Source of the DNA: an uncultured Gemmatimonadales bacterium | GTDB taxonomy: Bacteria; Gemmatimonadota; Gemmatimonadetes; Longimicrobiales; RSA9 | Direction: 5' to 3' | Length of the DNA: 64,000 nucleotides | Assembly: GCA_963783305.1 (NCBI GenBank) | Contig: CAWAMW010000007.1 | Location: 160,001 to 224,000, forward strand | In this document: positions 47,517 to 57,741 of the stretch, one piece after another | How the letters are laid out: each line of letters opens with the position of its first letter | How positions within the stretch are numbered: position 1 is the stretch's first letter | Made by a program: the position numbers and the translations under genes | Notes under the pieces: generated by a model | Seen by the model: only the letters and a program-made list of their open reading frames with translations | Told to the model about the DNA's origin: nothing | Databases searched by the model: none

Positions 47517-47550
47517 AAAGGGGCGTCCACGTGGTGGACGCCCCTTTCTT
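47517..47550. terminator. Bidirectional terminator
   Basis: AAAGGGGCGTCCAC-GTG-GTGGACGCCCCTTT. Confidence 0.8.
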
Positions 47551-47584
47551 CAGGGGAGAGCCAGGAGTGACCGGCGGGTGCCGG

Positions 47585-48526
47585 TCAGGGTCGGCCGGTC
47601 ACGTCGATGGTGCGGTGCTCCCGGACGACTTGCAGTCGCACGTCTTCGTCACTCCGGTATGAAGCGAGAATAGCGCGGACGTGGGCCGGGTCATGCGCGT
47701 CGCGTCCTCCGATGGCGAGGATTACGTCGCCCGCCTGAAGGTGGAGCGACGAGTCTTCGTCGACGGCCGTCACCAGCACACCGCGCTCCGTTCCGAAATA
47801 CTGGCCCAGGTCGGCATTCACCGCGGCCAGCTCCAACCCGTGCTGGTCGAATCCCGCCATCCGGAGCTGTCGGACGATCACCTCCTGGGGCGCACCGGGA
47901 GCGCGGGGTGCCCCCGGTGCCGCGGGCGAGTAGAAACGATGGGGCGGCCCCGGAGCGTCAGGAGCCATCCCCGGGGCGAAGAAGCGAAAGCGCGCCGTCT
48001 CCTCCGTAACGACCTGAACCGTCCGCTGCTCGCCGTCGCGGAGAAAGGTCACCTGTACGGTGTCGCCGGGCTCCACTTCCGCCATGACAGCGAGGACGTC
48101 CTCGGCGGCATCCTCTCCGAAGGCGGTCTCGTTCACGCTCACCACCACGTCCGCTGCCCGAAGACCGGCCCGGTGAGCCGGGCTGCCTTCCATGACATCC
48201 TCCAGGACCACTCCGCTCCTGCCATTCTCTTCCACGTTGGCGCCCAGCATCACGCCGAGCCGTGCGCGTCCTACGGCTGATACGGCACGCAGCTGCACTT
48301 GCTCGCGCATCTCCTCCATCCGCTCGCGCAGTCCCTCGGTTTGCACGCGGACCTCGTCGGCGTGGATCCGGAGCCCATCGGCGTGCTCGCGCAGACTTTC
48401 AATGCAGGTGCACTCCCGATCCTCGTCCACCGGCTCGCCGATCTGAGCGGCCGCGGGCGCCGCCGCCAGCAGCGCACCCGCCGTCCATGCCAGAACGCGC
48501 CGGACCCGTATAGTGCTCGTGCTCAT
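47585..48526 (-). CDS. Exported tandem PDZ-domain protein
   Basis: Signal peptide, coiled coil, PDZ1 (RLGV..GSPAHRAGL), PDZ2 (GVLV..LQAGDVILAIGG); no protease domain. Confidence 0.8.
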   Translation of the reverse strand: MSTSTIRVRRVLAWTAGALLAAAPAAAQIGEPVDEDRECTCIESLREHADGLRIHADEVRVQTEGLRERMEEMREQVQLRAVSAVGRARLGVMLGANVEENGRSGVVLEDVMEGSPAHRAGLRAADVVVSVNETAFGEDAAEDVLAVMAEVEPGDTVQVTFLRDGEQRTVQVVTEETARFRFFAPGMAPDAPGPPHRFYSPAAPGAPRAPGAPQEVIVRQLRMAGFDQHGLELAAVNADLGQYFGTERGVLVTAVDEDSSLHLQAGDVILAIGGRDAHDPAHVRAILASYRSDEDVRLQVVREHRTIDVTGRP

Positions 48527-48663
48527 TGCCTATCGCTCCTCGTTCGTCTCGTGCGGGGCGGCGACACCGTCCCTGTCTCCCCTTCCGATGCAGGTGGTGA
48601 CGTCCAACGTTGCACGGTGCTCCGGGTTGCCGGGTCCGCCGGACTCCCGGTAGCTTTGCCGCC

Positions 48664-49014
48664 GTGAGCACACTATTGAATCTCCTCGCGCTGGCGGGGG
48701 GCGTGGCCGCCGCCTGGCACCTCATCCGGGCGGCGTTGCAATGGGTGGGCGGTGGGGCATCGGGGATCTGGGCAGACGAAATGGCACGGACGCACGCGCG
48801 ACACGGGGACCTGACCTCTCTCGAGGAGCTGCAGCGGGAGAGGGAGAGGGCGACGAGGCGGACATGGCGAGCGGCCATGGAGGCCGTCGCATGGCTCGTC
48901 CTCCTGGCCGTACCCGCCTTCACGTCCTGGCCACGCGCCGTCTACGCCGCCTACTCGCTGCTCTGGGTGGGGCCGGCCGTGCGGCGGCTTCGGCGCGAGG
49001 GAGGTCTGGCGTGA
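48664..49014 (+). CDS. Hypothetical membrane protein
   Basis: Three hydrophobic segments; GTGA overlap with rnz; promoter TTGCCG-18-TAGCTT ends 7 nt upstream. Confidence 0.6.
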   Translation: MSTLLNLLALAGGVAAAWHLIRAALQWVGGGASGIWADEMARTHARHGDLTSLEELQRERERATRRTWRAAMEAVAWLVLLAVPAFTSWPRAVYAAYSLLWVGPAVRRLRREGGLA

Positions 49015-49937
49015 TCAAGGTCGTATTCCTGGGAACGGCCGCGAGCCGACCGACCGTTGGGCGGAACGTCAGCGCGCTGCTGATCCAGCGTCTCGGTGAG
49101 ACGCTGCTCTTCGACTGTGGCGAGGGGACCCAGCGCCAGATGATGCGGTACGGGACCGGGTTCTCGGTGAACGACATCTTCTTCACCCACATGCACGCGG
49201 ACCACATTCTCGGGCTGCCGGGCCTCCTCCGGACCATGGGTCTGCAGGACCGGGTGGAGCCGATGAACCTGTACTGTCCGCGCGGGGAGAAGCGGATCGT
49301 GAGCGAGGCGGTCCACCTCGGCGTGGACCGGGTGGGGTTCGAGGTGCGGATCCACGAGCTGAATCCGGCTGAGGCGGTGGAACGGGACGACTACGACATT
49401 GTCCCCTTCAGCACCCGTCACGGCCGACGCTCCCTCGGCTACGCGCTGATCGAACACGAGCGACTGGGTCGTTTCGATCCCGAGCGGGCGCGCGAGCTGG
49501 GCGTGCCGGAGGGGCCGCTCTTCGGCCGGCTCCACAAGGGGGAAACGGTGGAGGTGGAGGGGCGCTCGATCTCCCCCACCGAAGTCGTCGGTGCGCCGCG
49601 GCCCGGCCGGCGGCTCGTCTACACGGGCGACACGCGTCCGGTACCCGAGACGCTCGAGATCGCCCGACACGCCGACCTCCTCGTGCACGAGGCCACATTC
49701 GCTGACGAGGAGGCGGGTCGCGCCCGCGACACCGATCACTCCACCGCACGGGAGGCGGCGGAGCTGGCCCGTGAGGCGGAGGTGGAGCGGCTGGTCCTCA
49801 CCCACATCTCACCCCGCTACGGCCTCGACCCGTTCCTCCTCGAACGCGAGGCGCGCGACGCCTTTCCGTCCGTTGTCGTCGCGAAGGATGGCCTCGTCGT
49901 CGACGTGCCCCTGCGGGCCGACGAGGGTGAGGGGTGA
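49011..49937 (+). CDS. rnz: Ribonuclease Z
   Basis: FLGT, DCGEGTQ, THMHADH, exosite GVPEGP, GDT, HEAT, HST, THISPRY. Confidence 0.93.
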   Translation: MIKVVFLGTAASRPTVGRNVSALLIQRLGETLLFDCGEGTQRQMMRYGTGFSVNDIFFTHMHADHILGLPGLLRTMGLQDRVEPMNLYCPRGEKRIVSEAVHLGVDRVGFEVRIHELNPAEAVERDDYDIVPFSTRHGRRSLGYALIEHERLGRFDPERARELGVPEGPLFGRLHKGETVEVEGRSISPTEVVGAPRPGRRLVYTGDTRPVPETLEIARHADLLVHEATFADEEAGRARDTDHSTAREAAELAREAEVERLVLTHISPRYGLDPFLLEREARDAFPSVVVAKDGLVVDVPLRADEGEG

Positions 49938-49938
49938 A

Positions 49939-51234
49939 GTGAGAGGAGCGGCCGCGATCGACGTGGAGGTCCCCGGCGACAAGTCCATCAGCCATCGCGC
50001 GCTCATCTTCTCGACGCTGGCGGAGGGCGAGAGCCGGCTCTCCGGACTTCTCGACGCGGCGGATACCCGTTCCACGATCACGGTGCTGCGTGCGCTCGGC
50101 GGCGATCTCCCCCCCGCTCCCGGGCCGGGCGCGGTTGCCGTCGTTGGCGGCGGGCTGGGTGGCATTCGTCAGCCCGGGGGAGCTCTCGACTGCGGCAACA
50201 GCGGGACCACCGCGCGGCTCCTCCTTGGCGTCCTGGCCGGGTGTCCGTTCCCGGCCGTTCTCACCGGCGACGCTTCGCTCCGCCGGAGGCCCATGCGTCG
50301 TGTCACCCGGCCGCTTGCCGCCTGGGGCGCCCGTTTCGAGGAGATGGGCGAGGAGGGACGGCTGCCGATCCGGGTACGGGGCCACCGCGCGGACACGGCC
50401 ATCGACCATCATAACGAGCGCTCCAGCGCCCAGGTGAAGACGGCCATGATTCTCGCCGGGCTGACGGGCGGCGCCGCGGTCACCGTCCGGGAACCGGGCC
50501 GCTCGCGCGACCACACGGAGCGGATGCTGCGTGCCATGGACGCGGATATCGAGACGCACGTCTCGAGCGATGAGATCGTCGTTCAGCTCGGGCGGACCGA
50601 CCGCCTGGCCCCCCTGAGTCTCGCCGTGCCCGGTGACTTCTCCTCGGCCGCCTTCTTCCTGGCGCTGGGCGCGCTCAGGGGAGCCGTCCGGGTCCGCCAC
50701 GTGGGGCTGAACCCCACCCGTACGGGGATGCTGGACGTGTTGCGACGTATGGGTGCGGATGTCGAGGTCGTGGAAGAGGTGGAGGAGGCGGGAGAGCCGG
50801 TGGGCCACGTCGTCGTGCGGCCGTCCCGGCTGGCGGCGACGATCATCGAGCCGGCCGAGGTCCCGACGCTCCTCGATGAAATCCCTGTTCTGGCGGTGCT
50901 GGCGGCCACTGCGGCGGGAGAGACAAGGTTCGAGGGCGTCGCCGAGTTGCGGGTGAAGGAGTCCGACCGGATCGCGGCACTGGTGGACAACCTGGCGGCA
51001 CTGGGAGTCGAGACCGACGATGGTCCGGATCATCTCGTGGTCGCCGGGGTCGATCGGCGACTTGGCGGTACCGTGGATTCCTTCGGTGATCACAGAATCG
51101 CCATGGCCTTCGGAGTGCTGGGCGCCATTCCGGGGAACGACATTGTCGTGCGGGGGCGGGACGCGGTGGACATCAGCTATCCAACGTTCTGGAAGGAGCT
51201 CGAACGCGTGAGTCAGGAGATGGAGGAGCAGTGA
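49939..51234 (+). CDS. aroA: 3-phosphoshikimate 1-carboxyvinyltransferase
   Basis: PGDKSISHRA, CGNSGTT, RRPM, SAQVK, SRDHTERML, RVKESDR, DHRIAM. Confidence 0.95.
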   Translation: MRGAAAIDVEVPGDKSISHRALIFSTLAEGESRLSGLLDAADTRSTITVLRALGGDLPPAPGPGAVAVVGGGLGGIRQPGGALDCGNSGTTARLLLGVLAGCPFPAVLTGDASLRRRPMRRVTRPLAAWGARFEEMGEEGRLPIRVRGHRADTAIDHHNERSSAQVKTAMILAGLTGGAAVTVREPGRSRDHTERMLRAMDADIETHVSSDEIVVQLGRTDRLAPLSLAVPGDFSSAAFFLALGALRGAVRVRHVGLNPTRTGMLDVLRRMGADVEVVEEVEEAGEPVGHVVVRPSRLAATIIEPAEVPTLLDEIPVLAVLAATAAGETRFEGVAELRVKESDRIAALVDNLAALGVETDDGPDHLVVAGVDRRLGGTVDSFGDHRIAMAFGVLGAIPGNDIVVRGRDAVDISYPTFWKELERVSQEMEEQ

Positions 51235-51899
51235 AAGTAGCGATCGACGGACCCGCGGGATCGGGGAAGAGCACGACGGCGCGGGAGGTTGCGCGCCGGC
51301 TCGACTTCCTGCACGTGGACTCGGGCGCCTTCTACCGTGCGCTCACGTACGCGCTCCAGGCCGCGGGCGTGTCAGAGGAGAGCTGGGACGGGCTGACGAG
51401 CGAGGACCTGGATGGGCTGGAGGTTCGCGGGGAGCGGGGCGAGAGCGGGGTCCGGCTGCGTGTGGGGAACGAGGTCGTGGACCGCGAGCTTCGCACTCCC
51501 GAAGTCAACGCCCATGTCTCCCACGTGGCGCGCATCCCTGCCGTCCGCTCCTGGCTCCTCGGACGCCTGAGAGCCCTCGCCGAGAACGATGACGTGGTGG
51601 CGGACGGACGCGACATCGGCACCGTGGTGTTCCCGGACGCCGCGCTCAAGGTGTTCCTCGTGGCGGACCCGGAGGTTCGGGCTCGGCGACGGCTCCGTGA
51701 CCACGACGCCACCGTCGCCGACCGAGAAGCGCTGCTCGCCGAGATCGGGCGGCTCAGGAACCGCGATCGCGCGGACAGCGAGCGGGCCACCGCGCCTCTT
51801 CGGCCGGCGGAAGACGCGGTGCACGTGGACACGACGGCGCTGTCGTTCGAAGAGCAGGTTGTGGCGATCCTCGAGCTGGTGAAGGGCCGCACGAGCTGA
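51231..51899 (+). CDS. cmk: Cytidylate kinase
   Basis: IDGPAGSGKST, DSGAFYRA, DGRDIGTVVFPDA. Confidence 0.95.
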   Translation: MKVAIDGPAGSGKSTTAREVARRLDFLHVDSGAFYRALTYALQAAGVSEESWDGLTSEDLDGLEVRGERGESGVRLRVGNEVVDRELRTPEVNAHVSHVARIPAVRSWLLGRLRALAENDDVVADGRDIGTVVFPDAALKVFLVADPEVRARRRLRDHDATVADREALLAEIGRLRNRDRADSERATAPLRPAEDAVHVDTTALSFEEQVVAILELVKGRTS

Positions 51900-52086
51900 T
51901 GCGAGCAGCTGGCGTTCCGTGGGGGGACGGCCGCCTTGTGTGGTTCGGACGGTCCAGAGACGGCTGACGGAACAGCCGATCCCGCGGCTCCCCACCCTGC
52001 GTCGCCCTACCTCGCCTCCGCGTCACCGCTGTTCTGGATGCGTTGGCGCGGGGGCGGTGGCTGGTCGAGGGGGCTCGCCGGGGTGG

Positions 52087-52115
52087 TTGACCGTGCGGTA
52101 CCCCGTGGGTAGCTT
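52087..52115 (+). promoter_or_regulatory. sigma70 promoter of rpsA
   Basis: TTGACC-17 nt-TAGCTT. Confidence 0.6.
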
Positions 52116-52231
52116 ATAAGGCTGTCCCGATCGCGGGGCAGGATCGGACGAGGCGCGAGGGTCGCGCCTCCTTGTTCATCGAACCGTCGGGGACCGCCAT
52201 CGGTCCAGCGACGTGAGGACCACCGGGAGAC

Positions 52232-54286
52232 ATGGCAGACAACCCCACCAGCACCACCCAGGAGCAGGACGTTTCCGAGGCCGAGATGACCGCGGCGGAA
52301 GACGCCACCGTCATCGCGGGCGACGACGAGCTCGAGCTCGAGATCCGCGAATACACGCAGGCGCAGATCGAGCAGCGGGCTCGCGAAGTCGGCATCCGAC
52401 CGGAGCTCTTCGACGAGAACGAGTACAGCCTCGAAGAGTACGAGGAGATGCTCGAGATGTACGAGGAGACCCTCAGCGAGATCGAAGAGGGTGAGATCGT
52501 GCACGCGACGGTGCTCCGTGTGACGGAGAACACGGTCGTGCTCGACGTCGGGTTCAAGAGCGAGGGCTCGGTCACGAAGGACGAGTTCACGGACCCGGAT
52601 TCGCTGAACCCGGGAGACGAGGTCGAGGTCTTCCTGGAGCGGCTCGAGGACGACGAGGGCCGTGTGGTCCTGTCGAAGAAGAAGGCCGACTTCCTGCGCG
52701 TCTGGGACAAGATCAAGACGGCGTACGAGGAAGACGACGAGGTCCCGGGCATCCTGAAGCGGAAGATCAAGGGTGGAGTGACGGTGGACCTGATGGGAGT
52801 GGAAGCGTTCCTCCCGGGCTCGCAGATCGCGCTGCGTCGGGTGCCGAACGTCGAGGAGCTGATCGGCAACCGTTACAGCTTCAAGATCATCAAGCTGAAC
52901 AAGCGGCGCCGGAACATCGTGGTGAGCCGCCGCGTGATCCTGGAAGAGGAGCGGGAGCACAAGAAGGAGTACCTGGTCAAGGAGCTGATGGTCGGGCAGG
53001 TGCGCGAGGGCGTGATCAAGAACGTCACGGACTTCGGCGCCTTCATCGATCTGGGCGGGCTGGACGGACTGCTGCACATCACGGACATGAGCTGGGGCCG
53101 TGTGGGCCACCCGTCGGAGATCGTGGACATCGGCGACAGCATCGACGTGAAGGTGCTGGACATCGACTGGGACCGCGAGCGGATCTCGCTGGGGCTGAAG
53201 CAGCTGCTGCCGTACCCGTGGAAGGACGTGGCGGACAAGTACCCGGTGGGCTCGCGCGTGCTGGGTCGCGTGGTCTCCATCACCAACTACGGCGCCTTCG
53301 TGGAGCTGGAGAAGGGCGTGGAGGGTCTCGTCCACGTGAGCGAGATGTCGTGGACGCGGAACATCAAGCACCCGTCGCAGATCGTCACCATTGGGGACGA
53401 GATCGAGGCGGTCGTGCTGAAGGTGGACCGGGACGACGAGAAGATCTCGCTGGGTATGAAGCAGATCGAGGAGGACCCGTGGCTGGCGCTACCGGTGAAG
53501 TATCCCACGGGCACGAAGGTGAAGGGCACGGTCCGCAACCTGACGTCGTTCGGCGCGTTCGTGGAGATCGAGCCCGGGATCGACGGTCTGATCCATATCA
53601 GCGACATGAGCTGGACGAAGCGGATCCAGCACCCGTCGGAGGTGCTCCGCAAGGGCGAGGAGATCGAGGTCATGGTTCTGGGCGTGGACGCCGAGAACAA
53701 GCGGATCTCGCTGGGCCTGAAGCAGATGCAGGACGACCCGTGGTACAACCTGGTGGAGCAGTACTCGCCGGGTGTGGAGACCACCGGGACGGTGGCCCGG
53801 ATCCTCGACGATGGCGTGGTCATGGACCTCGGCGACGACGTGGAGGGCTTCGTTCCCATGAGCCAGTTCCCCGATGACGTGCAGGACCCGGCCGAGGCCG
53901 TGTCCGAGGGTCAGGGGGCGGACCTCAGGGTGCTGGAGTCGGACGCGGTGAACCGCCGGATCGTTCTGGCGGTCATGGATCTCCACCCGTTCGAGCGGCC
54001 GGTCGAGGAACCGGCGGAAGGCGAGTCGGACGAGGGTGAGGACGAGGCCGGCGCGCCTGAAGAGGCGGAGGCGGAAGCGCCCGCGGAGGTTGAGGCCGAG
54101 GCTCCGGAAGAGGTTGAGGCCGAGGCTCCGGAAGAGGTTGAAGCCGAGGCTCCGGAAGAGGTCGAGGCCGAGGCTCCGGAAGAGGTTGAAGCCGAGGCTC
54201 CGGAAGAGGTCGAGGCCGAGGCTCCGGAGGCCGCGGCTCCGGAGGGCGCGGAGTCCGAAGAAGAGTCGGAGGAGAAGGCGGAATAG
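52232..54286 (+). CDS. rpsA: 30S ribosomal protein S1 with acidic extensions
   Basis: Six S1 domains (FGAFIDLGGLDGLLHITDMSW, YGAFVEL..GLVHVSEMSW); follows cmk. Confidence 0.97.
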   Translation: MADNPTSTTQEQDVSEAEMTAAEDATVIAGDDELELEIREYTQAQIEQRAREVGIRPELFDENEYSLEEYEEMLEMYEETLSEIEEGEIVHATVLRVTENTVVLDVGFKSEGSVTKDEFTDPDSLNPGDEVEVFLERLEDDEGRVVLSKKKADFLRVWDKIKTAYEEDDEVPGILKRKIKGGVTVDLMGVEAFLPGSQIALRRVPNVEELIGNRYSFKIIKLNKRRRNIVVSRRVILEEEREHKKEYLVKELMVGQVREGVIKNVTDFGAFIDLGGLDGLLHITDMSWGRVGHPSEIVDIGDSIDVKVLDIDWDRERISLGLKQLLPYPWKDVADKYPVGSRVLGRVVSITNYGAFVELEKGVEGLVHVSEMSWTRNIKHPSQIVTIGDEIEAVVLKVDRDDEKISLGMKQIEEDPWLALPVKYPTGTKVKGTVRNLTSFGAFVEIEPGIDGLIHISDMSWTKRIQHPSEVLRKGEEIEVMVLGVDAENKRISLGLKQMQDDPWYNLVEQYSPGVETTGTVARILDDGVVMDLGDDVEGFVPMSQFPDDVQDPAEAVSEGQGADLRVLESDAVNRRIVLAVMDLHPFERPVEEPAEGESDEGEDEAGAPEEAEAEAPAEVEAEAPEEVEAEAPEEVEAEAPEEVEAEAPEEVEAEAPEEVEAEAPEAAAPEGAESEEESEEKAE
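54086..54229 (+). repeat. 6 x 24-bp tandem repeat (EVEAEAPE) in the rpsA tail
   Basis: GAGGTYGARGCCGAGGCTCCGGAR x6 plus a degenerate copy at 54062-54085. Confidence 0.95.
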
Positions 54287-54311
54287 AGCCGCCGGACCTC
54301 TTGGATGTGGG

Positions 54312-54347
54312 GGGAGGCGGGCCGGAATCGGTCCGCCTCCCTTTTTT
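54312..54347 (+). terminator. rpsA intrinsic terminator
   Basis: GGGAGGCGGGCCG-GAAT-CGGTCCGCCTCCC-TTTTTT. Confidence 0.85.
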
Positions 54348-54430
54348 CGTGGGGGTGACGTCGGTAGTTTGGGCGGACCCCCCTTTCCGACGCGGGGAGT
54401 AACCCCAACCGTGCGAACACGAGGGCAGGC

Positions 54431-56065
54431 TTGAGCTACGCGAGGACGTGGATGGGATTGTGTGCACTGGTGCTGGCGCTGGCATGCGCTGTGGGAGAGA
54501 CGCCCCCGCAGGCGCCTCCTCCGGACGGGGCTGCGGGAGCCCCGGGCGGCGCGGTGGTGGATGACGCCTCACCGGGGGCGGATGCGGCCGCCGCGGCCGA
54601 TCTGCTCGAGCGGTCGATGCGGGCCTACCAGAGGTCGGAGCTCGAGGAGTCGTTGCGGCTTTCGCGCGAGGTGCTCACACGGCACGCCGGGACCCCCTCG
54701 GAGGCGGACGCGCGCTGGGTGGCGGCGCGAGCCGCGTTCGCCCTCGGCCGGTATGCGGAGTCCCGTGCGCTGGCGCTGGAGCACGCCCGTCGCGGCGGCG
54801 GAGGGTCGGCGAGCGCGGCGGAGGTCCGGTCGCTGGCCGAGCTCGCGGCGGACGCTCTGGAGGCGCCGGCCCCCGTGGTGGTCGGGGCGGTGCTGAGCCG
54901 GAGCGGACCCCGCGTGCTGGTGCGCTACGCGGACTGGGTGCTGGAGGGAATCCAGCTGGCGATCGCAGAGGCGGAGCGGGACCAGAATCGAAGGATCGAG
55001 CTCGTGGTGGCGGATGACGCGGGCGGCGCGCGGGTGACGGAGGCCGTCCGTGAGCTCGAGCGGCGCGGCGCGGTGGCCATCGTGGGCCCGATGCTGGATG
55101 AGCACCTGTGGGCGGCCGCAGAAGCCCGGTCGAGTCGCGAGCTGGTGCTGGTGAGTCCCACGTCCTCCAGGACGCCCCACTGGCCCGAGACCTACTCCAT
55201 CAACGCCAGCGACGCGCTGGGGGCCCGGGATCTCGGGCGCTATGCGGCGGATGTCGGCCTCACTCAGGCGGCCATCCTCCACCTCCGGCTGCCCGATTAC
55301 GAGGGGAAGGCGGCGGCGTTCGCGGAGGAGTTCACCGCGCTGGGCGGTCGTGTTCGTACGGTAGTCCCGTACGACTCTGGAACCACGACCTTCGCACCGC
55401 ACATGCGCCAGATCCTCGCCGCGGTGGCACCGACTCGCTCCGCCGGGCTGGAGGGTGCCGCGCTGGGCCCCGGCGCCGCGGGCCAGGTGGACTCTGCCCA
55501 GGTGGAGCTCTCGCAGCAGCCGTTCGCGCTCTTCGTCGCGGCGCCGCCCCGGGACGTGCCGCAGATCGCACCGCAGCTCGGGTTCTACGGCCTCGACTCG
55601 GCGGGCGTGCAGCTGTTTGGTGACGAGGCGTGGGCCGCGGCCGAGGTCCGGCGGATGGTGCTGGACCGTGATCTGGAAGGTGTGATCGCGGCCTCGCGGT
55701 TCCCGCCGGAGCGAGCGGATGCGCCGGCGGATCCCGACTTCGTCCGGGCGTACGAGGGACGCTATCGTCAGTCGCTCGGCAACCAGCTGCCCGCGCTGGG
55801 CTATGACGCGGCGCACCTGATCATGCAGGCGCTGCCGAACCGGAGCCTGACGCCCGCGGCGCTGGCGCGGCGGTTCCACCTGCTGGCGGAGATCCGCGGC
55901 GCCACTGGACTGCTGTCGGTGCGCTCGGACCGGGTGGTGCGCCGCCCGCATCTGGTCATCATCCGGAACGGCATGCTGGAGCCGGCGCCGTACCCGTGGA
56001 ATTACGAGCTGCCGCTGCATCGGGCGCCTCTGCCGCAGGACAGCAGCGTGGGGAGTGGACGATGA
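54431..56065 (+). CDS. LpoA/LppC-like lipoprotein (TPR-like helices plus type 1 periplasmic-binding fold)
   Basis: Lipobox LALAC, helical repeat, AIVGP, LGYDAA, GATGLL; start at 54431 (TTG) or 54452 (ATG). Confidence 0.7.
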   Translation: MSYARTWMGLCALVLALACAVGETPPQAPPPDGAAGAPGGAVVDDASPGADAAAAADLLERSMRAYQRSELEESLRLSREVLTRHAGTPSEADARWVAARAAFALGRYAESRALALEHARRGGGGSASAAEVRSLAELAADALEAPAPVVVGAVLSRSGPRVLVRYADWVLEGIQLAIAEAERDQNRRIELVVADDAGGARVTEAVRELERRGAVAIVGPMLDEHLWAAAEARSSRELVLVSPTSSRTPHWPETYSINASDALGARDLGRYAADVGLTQAAILHLRLPDYEGKAAAFAEEFTALGGRVRTVVPYDSGTTTFAPHMRQILAAVAPTRSAGLEGAALGPGAAGQVDSAQVELSQQPFALFVAAPPRDVPQIAPQLGFYGLDSAGVQLFGDEAWAAAEVRRMVLDRDLEGVIAASRFPPERADAPADPDFVRAYEGRYRQSLGNQLPALGYDAAHLIMQALPNRSLTPAALARRFHLLAEIRGATGLLSVRSDRVVRRPHLVIIRNGMLEPAPYPWNYELPLHRAPLPQDSSVGSGR

Positions 56066-57612
56066 GCATGCGAGAGAAGCTGAAGCGGCTGGACGAGCTA
56101 CGGCGCGAGTCGGAGCTCGGGGGCGGCAAGGAGCGGCTGGAGGCGCAACACGAGCGTGGTAAGCTTTCGGCCCGAGAGCGGCTGGACCTGCTACTGGACG
56201 AAGGCAGCTTCGTGGAGTTGGACCGGTTCGTCACGCACCGCACCACGGGGTTCGGACTGGAGGACCGGAGGTACCTCGGCGACGGAGTGGTGACCGGCTA
56301 CGGTACGGTCCAGGGTCGGCTCGTCTACGTCTTCAGCCAGGACTTCACCGTCTTCGGCGGCTCGCTATCCGAGGCGCACGCCGAGAAGATCGTGAAGGTC
56401 ATGGACCTCGCCATGGAGAACGGCGCGCCGGTCATCGGTCTGAATGACAGCGGCGGCGCGCGGATCCAGGAGGGGGTCGTGAGCCTGGGTGGCTACGCCG
56501 ACATCTTCCTCCGCAACACGCTGGCTTCGGGTGTGGTGCCGCAGATCAGCGCGGTCCTGGGGCCGTGTGCCGGGGGCGCGGTGTACTCGCCCGCCATCAC
56601 CGACTTCATCTTCATGGTCCGCGGCACCAGCTACATGTTCGTGACAGGGCCCAATGTGGTGAAGACGGTCACCCACGAGGACATCGACATGGAGGGACTC
56701 GGCGGCGCCAATGTGCACGCCGGAACCTCCGGTGTGGCGCACTTCGCCCACGACTCGGAGATGGAGTCGATCGCGGCCATCCGGAAGCTCTTCGACTTCA
56801 TCCCGCAGAACAACCGGGAGGATCCGCCGTTCCGCGAGTGCCAGGACCCGTTCGACCGCCAGGACGAGGAGCTGCTCGACATCGTCCCCGACGAGCCAGC
56901 CAAGCCGTACGACATCCACGAGGTGATCCGACGGGTCGTGGATGACGGGGATTTCTACGAGGTGCATGCCGACTTCGCGCCCAATATCGTTGTGGGATTC
57001 GCCCACCTGGGCGGACGGAGCGTGGGCATCGTGGCCAATCAGCCGGCGGTCCTCGCCGGCGTACTGGACATCGACAGCTCCGACAAGGGCGCCCGTTTCG
57101 TCCGCTTCTGCGACTCGTTCAACATCCCGCTGGTGGTCCTGGAGGATGTACCCGGCTTCCTACCCGGAGTGGGACAGGAGCACGGCGGCATCATTCGGCA
57201 CGGCGCAAAGCTGCTCTTCGCCTTCAGCGAGGCCACGGTGCCGAAGGTCACGCTCATCACCCGCAAGGCGTATGGCGGCGCATATGACGTGATGAACTCG
57301 AAGCACATCCGGGGCGACATGAACCTCGCATGGCCCACCGCCGAGATCGCCGTCATGGGCCCCAAGGGTGCCGTGGAGATCCTCTTCCGCAAGCAGATCG
57401 CCGAGGCCGAAGATCCGGCCGCCGAGGCCGCCGCGAAGGAGAGTGACTACCGCGAGCGGTTCGCCCACCCCTTTATCGCCGCCGCCCGCGGGTACGTAGA
57501 CGACGTCATCGATCCCCGGGAGACCCGGCCGCGCCTCATAAATGCCCTCGACATGCTCCGGAACAAGCGCAGCGAGAACCCCTGGAAGAAGCATGGCAAT
57601 ATTCCGTTGTAG
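56062..57612 (+). CDS. pccB: Acyl-CoA (propionyl/methylmalonyl-CoA) carboxylase beta subunit
   Basis: [48 protein letters not shown]. Confidence 0.9.
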   Translation: MSMREKLKRLDELRRESELGGGKERLEAQHERGKLSARERLDLLLDEGSFVELDRFVTHRTTGFGLEDRRYLGDGVVTGYGTVQGRLVYVFSQDFTVFGGSLSEAHAEKIVKVMDLAMENGAPVIGLNDSGGARIQEGVVSLGGYADIFLRNTLASGVVPQISAVLGPCAGGAVYSPAITDFIFMVRGTSYMFVTGPNVVKTVTHEDIDMEGLGGANVHAGTSGVAHFAHDSEMESIAAIRKLFDFIPQNNREDPPFRECQDPFDRQDEELLDIVPDEPAKPYDIHEVIRRVVDDGDFYEVHADFAPNIVVGFAHLGGRSVGIVANQPAVLAGVLDIDSSDKGARFVRFCDSFNIPLVVLEDVPGFLPGVGQEHGGIIRHGAKLLFAFSEATVPKVTLITRKAYGGAYDVMNSKHIRGDMNLAWPTAEIAVMGPKGAVEILFRKQIAEAEDPAAEAAAKESDYRERFAHPFIAAARGYVDDVIDPRETRPRLINALDMLRNKRSENPWKKHGNIPL

Positions 57613-57615
57613 CTC

Positions 57616-57735
57616 GGGGCGGAGCCCCCGGCGGAGGGCTCTGCCTTCGGCTTCGGGGGCGCTGTTCGAAGGGTTCCGCGGGGCGCAGCGACTCCCACCG
57701 CGAGCGCAGCGAGTTTCCCGGTCCGCCGAAGGGAG
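57616..57735. repeat. Degenerate member of the REP-like GCGCAGC/GCCGAAGGC repeat family
   Basis: GCCTTCGGC (reverse complement of GCCGAAGGC), GGGGCGCAGCGACT and CGCGAGCGCAGCGAG between pccB and accC. Confidence 0.5.
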
Positions 57736-57741
57736 ACCCTC

